Assembly (NCBI RefSeq): GCF_009914755.1
Contig: NC_060937.1
Source: the human T2T-CHM13v2.0 reference genome, Homo sapiens
Length of the DNA: 64,000 nucleotides
Strand: one strand, 5' to 3'
The notes beneath the pieces were generated by a model, which saw nothing but the letters and a program-made list of their open reading frames with translations, searched no databases and was not told the origin of the DNA. Shown piece by piece: positions 50,774-64,000 of the stretch. Position numbers and translations under genes: made by a program. How positions within the stretch are numbered: position 1 is the stretch's first letter; every line of letters begins with the position of its first letter.

Positions 50774-52046
50774 CTAAAACATGGGGGAAAATACAGCAGT
50801 TAGAAGAAAATCAAGTAAGCTGTCTCCTGGCAACTTGTCTTTCAAAATATTTAGTCCTAATATGCTAAAAATGTCCCCGCATATCATACTACTGGACTAC
50901 ATGGGACAACAAATGAGGGAAATTTCTTTGCTTTAATAAATGTGGTTGCTATTAAATTCCAAATGCAGATCTTGCCAAAGATGGCCATAGAGGTGGCCAG
51001 AGATTTTTAAAATCATCTCCAATAAGGGGTTAGATCTCATTGTAAACAGCAAACTCCTCCCAGGCCCAGCCTAAGTTAAACCAAGAATTCCTGTTTCCTC
51101 CTACATAACAAAGACAAGAAACCTTCTAGGTTTTACAATCTCAAATTACGCAAGAACTCCCAATGGCAACATCCTCCTAAACTGATAGGAATTCATCCTC
51201 TCATTCCCACCCTCTTTCCTCCTTTTAGAAGAAAAAAGCACTGTTTGCGTTAGCATTTGGCATTCTGACAACTCCAGTAGAACATAGACTGGAATCAGGA
51301 ATTCAGTATGTTAGTTGTTCTGCCTTTTGAAATCCATAAATCCACCAATACTTATTTTACAGTTGATGGAGCTTACCTAAGTAACAAAAAGCATTCAAAG
51401 CACTGGTCTTTAGAAAACTGGAAGTATCTGAAGCTAAGCCAGATGCTGTACTTTTTACCTACAGAGAGAGCATGTGCATGCCTGTGAGGCAGGGGAAAGG
51501 ACCCACTGGTGGTAAGGGAGCCAGATTCTTTCCAGCTCCCATAATTGTGGCCCTATCTGAAGTCTTGTGCAAGAACCATGATCTGTTACTATTCTGCCAT
51601 AAACAACTCCACTGGAGTTCTTGTCATGTGGACAGGCAGGTTTTGCAAGGTGGTTGTATGCAGGCCTCTAGTACTTCAACTCCAAAGATCCTTCAACCCA
51701 TGGGGTTGTCTTCTCCTGTCCTGTTTACATTGCAATCATTATAATCACTATCTTGTAAATACTTTCAACCTGTGACTTCACTGTGGTTTCACTAACACTA
51801 ATTCAGCTAAACTACAAACTTAGTTAAAACAAGCTCTCCACACTCCGTATCTCCAACTGAGCAGCTGAATGCATCTCGAGAAAAAAACTGAAAGCAATTT
51901 CACTGATTCTACTTTAAAATAAAAAGCTCAATCTCAAAGGGGCTCTTACTACTGTTAAATATTTATGTTTCCCTCATCCATTCACTCTCTCACTCTCCTA
52001 CAATTTCTAGAATACTTCAAACTTTGCAACACAAAAATAAAATTTA

Positions 52047-52199
<153 letters not shown>

Positions 52200-52462
52200 C
52201 TATTAAAAAAAAAAAAAAAAGGTAATTGAAACTTAAAAAAAAAACCCTCAAACCAGTAACAATAACCAACCTCACTGTATTACACTGAAGAAAAGGACTT
52301 GGTAAGAGTGTAAAGACTTGCATTCCCATTTCAGTTCTGCACTGGCTGGCGGCATGACCCTGATAAGGTCCTCAATCCTCCTATGCTATGGAACTCTCAT
52401 ATCACATGCAAAGGTACTCAGAAGTGAACATGAAAAACACAGAGAGGATGACAGGAAAATAT

Positions 52463-52690
52463 AAGGTATCCACAGGGACTGGTTCTAGGACCTCCCCCAT
52501 AAATACCAAAATACATGGATGCTCAAGTCTCTTATATAAAACAGCATAGTATTTGCATATAACCTGAACATATCCACCCATATACTTTAAATAATCTCTA
52601 GATTACTTATAATACCGAATACAATGTGGATGCCGTGTAAATAGTTGTTATGCTGCATTGTTTTACTGTATTATTGCTTTTTTTCGGAAT
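52463..52690. mobile_element. MER2 (Tigger family) fragment
   Basis: GGATGCTCAAGTC...GTATTTGCATATAACCT...TCTCTAGATTACTTATAATACC. Confidence 0.8.
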
Positions 52691-52975
52691 ACAGTATGTT
52701 CTGATTTTTCTTCTTCACAAATAGGAGCAATCAGAAATGAACTTCCAATGCCACAGTATGTATAATACTCAAAGAATAAGAGTACCTATGTTACAGTTGA
52801 AAGTAGATAAGAAAAAATGGTGTTCTCTATAAAGATTAAGTGTGATTATTTATATTGTCAAGGGTAAATGAGACCTTATTCAAGACTGTTAAAATTAACA
52901 GATCAGAATAAGTTGATAGATTATTGCAGTGTGTCATCGCCCTAACACTGTGTGTGGCTAAATGGTATATACTAG

Positions 52976-53466
52976 TGTGGAAGCCAACTCCCAAGATGTC
53001 CCCCACTGATCCTCATCTCCTACCTGCCCTTGCACCATTCCCTCCCAGAATGAATGGGGCTGACCTGTGTAACACATGGGACATTGCAGAAAGGATGGCA
53101 TCTGACTTCCAGGCAGCTTCCACTTGTCTTCTCTTGCTTGGATTACTTGCTCTGGTAGAAGCCAGCTGCCATGTCATGAGGACATTCAAGCAGCATTACA
53201 AAAAAGTCTTTGTGGTGGACAACAAAGGACTCCTGCCAACCACCAACACTACCTTGCCAAGCATGTAAACGAGTCACCTTGAGGCCCTATTCTTGGGCTC
53301 CAATCAAATTTTCAGATGAATGTAACCTCATGAAAAGACCTGAACCAGAACTATCCAGCTAAGCGTTCCAATATTCCTGACCCATAAAAGCCATGTGAGG
53401 TAATAAACATTTATTGCTTTAATCCAGTAAGCTGTGGGGTTGTTATGCAGCTACAGAAATATAACA
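52976..53466 (+). mobile_element. MLT1F-like MaLR solo LTR
   Basis: GAAGCCAGCTGCCATGTCATGAG and TTCCTGACCCA...AATAAACATTTATTGCTTTAA motifs. Confidence 0.75.
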
Positions 53467-53904
53467 TTCTTTGAGAAAGCTGTTTTACAAAGAGGTTTGA
53501 GGAACATTAGATGATATAAAAACAAGTTTCTTTTTTATAGTACTTCTCAGAGCCTTTATATGCGATTCCCCAGGAAGGAAACACTGTATGCAAAGTTTCC
53601 CAAACACACTTCACTGAGTGAAACTGAGATTGTAAGAATACTGAGAATTTGAGAACTGTTCCTTTACTAAATGTAAATCAGTGCTTCTAAAGTACTTTGA
53701 AAAATAAAATCATCCTCTCTTCTATTTGTCTTGTTCTATAGATTTTATATAGATACCCTTAATACTTTAATGAAGTTTAGACATGAACTTTCAATCAGTG
53801 GTGAGCCTGTGAATTAAGTTACCGACATAAAATTCCTTTCCTTTAAATATCATTAACTTATTCTACACTTCATACTTAACCATGAGAAGTTTCATATACA
53901 GCTA

Positions 53905-54099
<195 letters not shown>

Positions 54100-55860
54100 T
54101 CAGCTAAAAAAAACATGAATTAAAGAACAGCACTACATTCAATCTGCTCATACATAATTCAGCACTTACAGTGGTGAATGTGACCAAAAGTAATAAAATC
54201 ACTTTATTTAAATGGAATAATTAAAATGGTTAACATAATAATGCTGCAACAGACTCATACAAAGAATGTCTTCACAGTAGATTTTGTAAATTGTGTAAAA
54301 AAGTGTTTATTATCTAATCTGTCCCATTTCTTCAACTAGCAAGAAATAACAGTTCAAATCTACAAATGCCAAGGTCATGTTACATTTGAGGAAAGGAGGA
54401 CACAGAGATGGAAGAAACATGGTCCCTGCTCTTTACAACCCAGTGGAGGACATCATAAACAAGTAACATGACATTGGGTGGTCCAAAGACCTACATACCG
54501 TTCAAAAACCAACTTAGACAATGTTCAACATACTATTACATATTTATGAGAAATAGTGAGGGAAGGGATTTAGGTCTAAGCTGTTTATTACTGCATCCTC
54601 AGCTTCTAAATGATGCCGCACACACACTGAGTTGGTGCTCAATACATATTAATAAATGAAAAAACACTGTATTAGGCAACATATATTCCAATGTATCTAT
54701 ATTATGTTATAGAAATATCCAGCTATACATATGTGTGTGTATATATATATTCACAAGTATGTACAATGTATTTTATTATATATTGGTTTTATAAATCCCT
54801 TCACAACACATATATGTATATTAGCTATATAACCCAGCCCCTCTACTAAATACCCCAACCCTGAAATCATCTGAATTTTTGGCTATAATAAAGAGTACCG
54901 GGGTGAATGCCCTTATATATAAATTTGTATATTTCAACATTTCCTTCAAATAAATTCCTAAAAGTAGAAATTTGGGGCCAAAAGGTATAAATATTGTAAA
55001 GGCTCTTCAAGTTTACCTTCTAGAAAAGTTGTACTAATTTATATTGACCAGAGGGCCCACTCTACAGAACACTCAGGCCCAGAATATTTCTGAGAAGGAA
55101 AGTGACACGATCGGAACACTTCATAAGAAAGAAAACTACAGCAGTAATATGCATGTTGCCTTAAAGGTTTTAGTCAAGAAAACTGGTAAGGAAGTTACTG
55201 AAGTAAATAAACATGGCTCAGATCTTAACTCTTCTACAACAATGTATGACTAAGGTGAATTTGCCTACCATCCCTGGGCTTAAAGGAGTTTGTGAGTATT
55301 AAATACAACTGAACTGCCAGGCTCATAATTAATTAATTAATTCAGCTTCCAGACATCGCAATCCTACCTTAGAAATAACTACCTTAGATGACAAATCAAG
55401 TTTTCTAGGGTTGGACAAGTACTATTTCTCCCATTCTTACAGATTTTTAACTAATAAACTGGAATTTTAACTAATAAACTGGCTTTAATATTGACCTCTT
55501 ATGAATCCGATTTAAAATAAACTGGATAACAAAGCAAATTTGAAAAGTTAAGTTCCTAAGTACATAAAGTTTAAAGCAAAAACTTGAAGCCATGGCAAAG
55601 GTACCAAGGGACCAAGACACAAACATTTCCATGAGGCTCAAGCTGAGTGGCCAACTGACTTCTCACTCTCAAGCCATCTCCTCCCCCTTGAATGTCCCCA
55701 TCAACCAGCTCTATTTCCACGCCGCAGACCGCAGGGATGTTCATTTTTAACCCATTGTACAACAGCATTCAAGTTATTCACCAAAGTTAGTAAGAAGAAA
55801 GGTGCTTTTTCGTCTTCAATATTCGGAAAAACCAGCGTACCAAGTACATGACAATCTTTA

Positions 55861-56091
<231 letters not shown>

Positions 56092-56922
56092 TTACTTTTA
56101 ACAGCTCAATTTAAATAACATGTTTATATATAAATATAATAACTTAGGTTTATCTGATTACTGAAAAGTAAAACAGTAATACTGCAAATAAAAATCATTA
56201 TTTTGAGATTTTTCAAAATATACTTTCTTCAGTGATAGTTAGGAGAGCTATGCCAATAGAACCAACCCATGTGTTAAATGCATAAAAATCATTTTATGCT
56301 AAATGCATAGTTTTATCTTGTGCTTTAATTTTGTGCTTTTATGGACACCTATGCATACAAAAAGGACTTAAAAATGTATGTGTTACAAATAAATAACTTA
56401 TACATTCTTCAGTTATGCAAAGGAGTAGGTTCTTTCCATGTCTTTTTGAGCTTACATTCATTACGGTCATCTGTCAAATGCTGTGGTAGGTGCTTTCACA
56501 GACTTTCTGATATTTAAAGTTCATTACCCTATTAAGTGGGTATGAGCCTTATTTTTACAATTGAGGCAAATAAGGCTCAGAAAAAATAAGCACCTTGCCA
56601 AAAAAAAAAAAAATTATTGTGTCAGTAAGTGAAAGAATCTCTAATTCTTAAATTCCTGTCTTTTCAGAGTAGGAAGGCAAAGCAAATAACTGAAATACAA
56701 AAAATCAAATTAAACAATCTTGTTAAGCCCCTTCATTTTATAAGTTATAGTCATATATGTAATAAGTACACTAGATACTTATTCACATTTGGAAATCAGA
56801 ATGTACCACTATGCTTTTGACTGTATTTTGTTAGACACATTAACACACACTAATTAGACACTTAAAACGCTTCTACATTTTTTCCCAAGTAAAAAAAAAA
56901 AAAAAAAAAAAAGAAATACTTA

Positions 56923-57039
<117 letters not shown>

Positions 57040-58176
57040 TTATTTTTAACGTGAAATTTTCATGCCAGAAATTACCTTTTTCTGGAAGTACAGTTAAATG
57101 CTCTTAATATAAACATTTTAGATAAAATATATCACATTTTAGGTGAAAACCACTTACTCAAAAGAAAGTTCTAACAATAAATGAATTATGCTCTATCAAC
57201 GTAACCATTTCAGTTGAAGATCTAATGAAGATCTAAGTTCTCCTACATGCTCCTTTTTTATCCATTTCTCAATGTGTTCAGTTACAGAATTAAAAAAATC
57301 AGAAGTATTACTTTCCTCAGAAAGGTTATATAAAAAGGTGATACTCATACACATGGGAGATTAAATTGTTCAAAGGTTAGAAAAACATTACTATACTCCT
57401 CAGTTAGAGGGCTAAGTATGCCACAGATCAGTGCTTCCATGATGTTAAACATATTACAAAAAAAGGTTACACTAGCCATATAAGGTAGGGAAAAGCTGGG
57501 TTAAACAGGTTTCTCTACTGCAGAACTTTAAGTCTTATTTTAATTTAATGTGCATTGTGATGCACCAAGATTGTGTGGAATGTTACATAATTATTTGACT
57601 AGAGTACCTTTATTTCTGAAGAACATTCAGAAGATTTGGCCAATTTGGACATTTATGTTAATAGTGAAGGAAAATTAAAAGCAACATCAACATAAGTAAG
57701 ACTGGTTAGAATCAATATCCAAGAGCTCCTAAAATTTGGAGGAGTGGTTTTCACATACTTTTATGTACTACCAGAAGAACTAATAAAACTATAAGCCCCT
57801 TTGCATGTTTTTAAATTGATACCTAACAATTTTATCAGAAGTTTAAATACTCACAAAAGGTCGATTTTCTTAAATACATTTATATATCTGAAAGAACTTT
57901 GAAACTACTAATTTAGCTCATTTATGGAAATATTTATTACGTAACTCAACTGGCGAAATCAGTCTTCAGTGAGAAAACAATCAAATCAGACTGACATTTT
58001 TAGAAAAGGTCAGACTTAATTTAATTCAAATAAGTGTATTGAGTTGTCCCTGTGATACCCTTGCCACCTCTGAATTTTAAGTCTAAGGCAGGGAGACAGG
58101 CAAGCAGGCCTCAGAGCTCTGTCATGAGTTTGTTGTCCTGATAAAATAAAGCAAAGCCCTCATCAATATTCCCCCT

Positions 58177-58369
58177 GCCGCAGCCTCCTGGGTAGTTAGG
58201 ACTAAAGGAGCATACCACCACACCCAGCTAATTTAAATTTTTTATATTTTTCTAGAGACAGGGTCTTACTATGTTGCCCAGGCAGGTCTAGAACTGCTGG
58301 CCTCAAGCGATTCTCCTATCTCAGCCTCCCAAAGTGCTGGGATTACAGGCTTGGCCACCACCCCAAGCC
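58177..58369 (-). mobile_element. Partial AluJ/FRAM-like element
   Basis: Alu left arm plus linker; flanked by ccctcatcaatatt/cccttatcaatatt. Confidence 0.8.
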
Positions 58370-58704
58370 CCTTATCAATATTTCTTACAGAGCCTCTCTC
58401 TTTGCTTTGCTCTCCCTCTCAAGAGCAAAGCACTGTCCTTTTGGAACCTGGAGAAACATTTTCACCCCCAGAGAACAGGTGCGATAACTCTTTCTTTTGC
58501 AAAGCAGTAAAAAAGCAAGTATTAAAGAGGAGGTCAGAAAGCAGCACTAACAGACCCAGACACTTTCTTAGGCTCATCAGTTTAGAAAGTCAAGGATCTG
58601 TAAATTGATTCCACTGAAGATATCCAGGCCTGATATTGCTTCAAAAATCTTCCTACACAGCCAGATACTCCTGTGTGATCCAGATGCTCCTGTTGACCTA
58701 GGTT

Positions 58705-58880
58705 CTAGAGCTGTGCTATCCATATAGTAGCCACTAAGCACATGTACCTACTTGAACTAATTACAATTAAATAAAATTAAATATAGTTCCTCAGATGAGG
58801 CACATTCAAGTGGCTACCACAATGGACAGTGCTGATATAAAAATTTCCATCATCGCTGAAAATTTATTTGGACAGTAATA
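58705..58880. mobile_element. MER3-like hAT MITE
   Basis: GTGCTATCCATATAGTAGCCACTA...TTGGACAG. Confidence 0.7.
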
Positions 58881-59169
58881 ACTCTTCTAAGACTAAATAG
58901 AAAGATGGTGACGATGGATATTAAAAAACAGAAGTGCAAAAAACCATTAAGAATTCAAATCCTATATTTTGCTTGCTGGTGAAGTTTTCTTCTAACTTGC
59001 CAATCGGGACACTGTAGCATACAATTTAAATGTACAGTTTAGAAAATTTTAATTTTTTAACATAGCTATTTTGAATCAAAGTACAATAACACATAGAGTT
59101 CGCTTTTCTAATGCAAATAAATTACAACTGAAATAAATTACACACAACTGGGAGAATTAAAAATACTTA

Positions 59170-59334
<165 letters not shown>

Positions 59335-59404
59335 TCAGTACTTGAAATTATAATTCGACACGTGCAGCCCAGGCCCAGGTGATACAGGTGGCATTAAAGT
59401 TTAA

Positions 59405-59612
59405 AAACTGTGCTAACAGAATAGCTATTATATAGTTATATACATTTAAATAACTTAAAGTCAAATAAAATGTAAAAATCAGTTCCTTAGTGACACAAGC
59501 TACATTTCAAGTGCTCCAGAGCTATGTGAGGCTGATAACTACAATAATGCACACTGCAGATAGAGAACATTTCTACCACCACAAAAAGTTCTACTAGACA
59601 GCACTGGTCTAG
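59405..59612. mobile_element. MER3-like hAT MITE
   Basis: ACATTTCAAGTGCTC...AAAGTTCTACTAGACAGCACTG. Confidence 0.7.
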
Positions 59613-60536
59613 AAAGAAAGAAAAATATACAATACAGAAAAAAACAAAGTATCCTAATAGGAAAAGGATGGTTGAGAAGTACTAGATGGAGATCAAATGT
59701 CAGCTCAGGATTATAAAGATGGACTGTGAATGGAAAACCTTTCAACACGAGGGGAGAACAGCACTCACAAAGGCACAGTGGTATGTTTTAGTGTAGGTCC
59801 ACTAACTTTAGTCCTAGTAGGTCCTTTAACTTGAATCTGGAGGGCATAAACTCAAATCATAAATCTAGTCCCTTAAAAATGTTAAGAGTCAACATGAATT
59901 ACTCCAGCAGCCCCTAAATGATACATCATTTGAGAGCTCAGAGTGTGCAGCTCAGATTAGCTCCCACCACCACCTAAGAACTTCAAACAAATGAGGGAAG
60001 CATTATGAGATAGCCAGTAAGAGGGGAGCACAGGGCATAAAGATCAGGACACTGAAGTCTCAGCATGATCACCACCACCCTGTTTGACTGCCTCCAAAGA
60101 TGCTCCAAAAGGGGAAAAAAGTGATACAAGAAGACAGTTCCTGAAAATACGCTAAGGTTCCAATTATTCTATACAGCAAGGTCAATGGTGCAAACTGGAG
60201 TGGTATGTAAAGAGAGTAAAAATAATTTTTACTCCTTATAAAGAGATATATATATATAGCAAATAAGTATTATGTATACTTTCCAGTTAATTTGATAAAC
60301 GTCTATGTCCTTAACTTTGATGGGAATAATGTTCTTAATATCTAATAAATGCTATATTTTAACCAACCATAAAATTTTACAAGCCACCATATCTAAGATA
60401 CAAAGAAAAATCTTTAATACAATAAGCTCATTTAGAAAGTGGCTTAATAAACTTTGTAATGACTTTAGCAAAGTGGAAGCATCATTAAGGGTGGTACATC
60501 ACATACACCCAAGAAAAAAAATGCTATTAGCTGTAA

Positions 60537-60878
<342 letters not shown>

Positions 60879-61719
60879 TAAAAGAGCATAAAGTAACTTT
60901 GTAAAGCAATGGGAAAGCTGAAAAACTGACATAAAGACAACAAATGCAAATCATAAAGTAGCTTTTAAGAATTTAGTGGGCAGAACTTCTATAGGCTTAA
61001 AAGTCATTTAAGGTTTCAAGTTTTGAAGTTCTTGAGAAACCAATGAAAAGCTGGACCATTTACTAACTCAATTGGAGCATTTACTAACTCAATATATACA
61101 TTTATTGTCCATCCTTTCCCCAAGCTGTTCTCCAGACATTTCTATTAATATTTATGCCTGACTTCTCTATCAAGAATTTTCCAACTATCCCTCAGAAACA
61201 TGCCCCCTTGTGTGTGTGACACACATATATTTTAATTAGCAAACTGCCCCTAAGGTGGAATGAAGTTTTCACTAAACTATCATGCTTAAAATGTTAGTAT
61301 TCTGGCAGTTACAGAAACTACTTATTAAATAACACTGTGTATTTTTCTTACTGTTGAAATTTTTATTTAGTGGCTTCATATAAAAACATATTTCATTATT
61401 TGTTCACATTTTCTTTTATATTACATGACGAATTTTGTAATTGTCTTACATGTAACTATAAAAATTTGGGTAAATTTGCCATTACGAGTCTCTAAATCTT
61501 TGATATTGTGCCCAGAACCATAAACACTTTGAATTGCTTTAAGACCCTATATTTAAAATCATTTTAAAACATGAATTGGGGTGAAAGTGGAGAGGTGCTT
61601 AGTCCCTGAATTATAAATTCTGTAGAGTTTTCTGCCAAAACTGAGAGCTTCTCGAGTTCTTGAATAAATACAGCAAAAAGGTAAAACCAATTCTGAATTC
61701 GGCCAGCAGACAGACATTA

Positions 61720-61839
<120 letters not shown>

Positions 61840-64000
61840 CTAAAAAAAAAAAACACACACACACAGAGTAAAACAGCATTAATATACGTAAGCAGCACAG
61901 TAATATACATCTATCAAAACTGCCCAAGCAACTCAACAGTGGCAGGTCTACTTCAGCCCTGTCATTCAGAGGAACTAAGGTCACTGTGGTGAGAGGCCCT
62001 TCCTTCCATCTTTCCAGGTTCCATACTGTGAGGGACACACTGAGCAAGCAGGAAGATCTGCTGGGCTTCCCTACCAACTTCTACAAAGAAAGGGAATAAA
62101 ATTGTAATAGATATGATTCAACATCAGTATACACAACATTTAGAATTCCTAAATATGTAATTAAAGAGTTTCAAAACATTCCAAATCCAAATTGTCATTT
62201 TTAAGATTAAACATATCAGATGTTACTCATTCATCAATTATTGAATATCTACTATGTGCTAAGTGACAGAGAAGCAAGAATAAGACAAGGTCTAGTTGAG
62301 GCTCTCAGTATTTCTATAGGGACATAAGAATGCAAGAAGTCCTGAATTCAATGTCTGTGCCTGCCACTAACTGGCAGTGTAGACTTTGAGAGGCATTTTA
62401 ATTCCTTTTGAGCGTCCTCATTCATAGAGGGAACACCATTCACCAACCTCAAAGAATTACTATGAAGACTATAATAGTGGACATTAGATGTGACATATAA
62501 CAGGTATTCAGTAAGTGATGGTTCCTTTCCTTTTCGGAATCTATCAGTGGGTGAGAGAGAAGTTGGTGGCTTTGATGCAGCACTATCTAGAGCCCACTAA
62601 ATCACACATGCTCCCCTTGCAGCTATTTGCTCAGCTTAGAGATGGAAACAGCTATCTTAAGTCAGTAGCCACTAATCATTAAAAATGAACTAATCCCTTT
62701 GCTTGTACTATAAAATAATTTTAATATTCATATTTTTCACATATATCATTCTGCTAGGAGAAAGTATTATGACCAGTCAACTGAAATATCCTGGGTGCTC
62801 AGTAGTTCAATATTCACTGAAAAGGGAGAAAATGGCATTCTAAATAATGTATTCCTAGGAGTTTTATTATCAATGTAATAATCGGACACAGTCAAATACA
62901 AGTTTCTGAACAAAGTCTTGGATTGTACTGATGCCAAGTCATATCTCAATTCTTCCATCAATGCCTGAGAGGCCCAGCTGTAACCCCAGGCAGGACAGCA
63001 TGGTGCTCTGCAAGCATAGTTTGAATACTGCCCCCAGCCCCCAACTTACCACCTAGGGAGTCTTGAGCTGATAGTTAACCTCACAGAGAATAGGCCACCA
63101 GCTATAAGCAAGAAGTACAGTGCCTACACCTCATGCGTTGTAAGGAGAATCAAAACAAATAATGACTGGAGAAAGTGCTTAAAAACAGGCTCACAAAGTA
63201 AGTGCTCACTAATTAATAGCTATCATTCCCTCCTTTTTGAATAATCAGTTAACCATTGCTTTTTCCCCCTTTCTACTCCCTTTCCCAGTTCTTCTGCTAG
63301 TGGCTTCTTATATGCCTCTGTTTTAAATGACAGTAGTGACAATCAGTATTATCTATCATATAAACTCACTGTGATACTCAAGAGATGACCTGGTTTAAAC
63401 TGACTTACATTTACAAAGAACGATTTTTAAGAAAATCAGTAGTAATGCTCATATTTAGATATGCCAATATTTTATTCCATTTTAATAGACCATGACAATG
63501 TTGATGTGTCTAATCACTCGGCAAAGCCAGCAGAAGATATATTTTAACTGCTGACCAGAAATACAGACTTAAGTTGCCATCTCATGTGAACAACACTTTC
63601 ATATCTGGAAAATTTCCTATTCCCCTCTTTAGAATTTACTGTGACGTTTTTATGACACCAGGAAGAGAATATGCACACTGAGACCCTGTATCTTCCAAAA
63701 GTAAAAATCTGCTGGTCTACTTGGACTCACCAATTATTTTCTCATGAAAAGTAATTAAAAATCAGCCCAAGAACAAATTGTGACAAATTTCTAGGCATAT
63801 AATTAGCAAACCAATATTTTATTTCAAAAATTAATTGGACACTTAGGTTTGCAAAAGCAGAACTTGTTCAAAAAAGAATGTTCAGTATTATCAAATATGA
63901 AAACTTAAACACGTCAATTTGAAAAAAGAAAAAAGCTGTATAAAAACAAAGCAAAACAGCAAGACCAGAGACAATTTTAATAATAGCTTTGTAAACTGAA

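Noticed and set aside
55445-55482. Short ~20-bp direct duplications (also near 34890, 50095, 61057)
   Set aside because: Ordinary slippage-type micro-duplications; two copies only, not CRISPR-like arrays

Overview
Human (primate) genomic DNA, recognisable as the STOML3-PROSER1 locus (chr13q13 from recall). Both genes are on the minus strand. STOML3 (stomatin-like 3) coding exons 1-4 are present (18364 down to 65) and the gene runs off the left edge; an extra 84-nt cassette exon lies at 7624-7707. PROSER1 coding exons 2-13 and its 3' UTR are present (61839 down to about 37500); exon 1 lies beyond the right edge. All exons were joined by hand through GT-AG sites and keep the reading frame. The roughly 19 kb between the genes is a nest of transposons: a full-length L1PA2-like LINE-1 (intact ORF1 and ORF0, frameshifted ORF2), a near full-length Tigger4/Zombi DNA transposon, MER6, a MER57 LTR and Alus, all inside an old L1M. 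I found no evidence of a wholly new biological system. The most unusual signals are: a ~127-bp, ~96%-identical inverted copy of intergenic DNA sitting inside an AT-rich minisatellite 10.6 kb away; a stop-then-restart cassette exon and overlapping uORFs in STOML3; and two candidate poison exons in PROSER1. Repeat subfamily names come from recalled consensus sequences and repeat boundaries are approximate.
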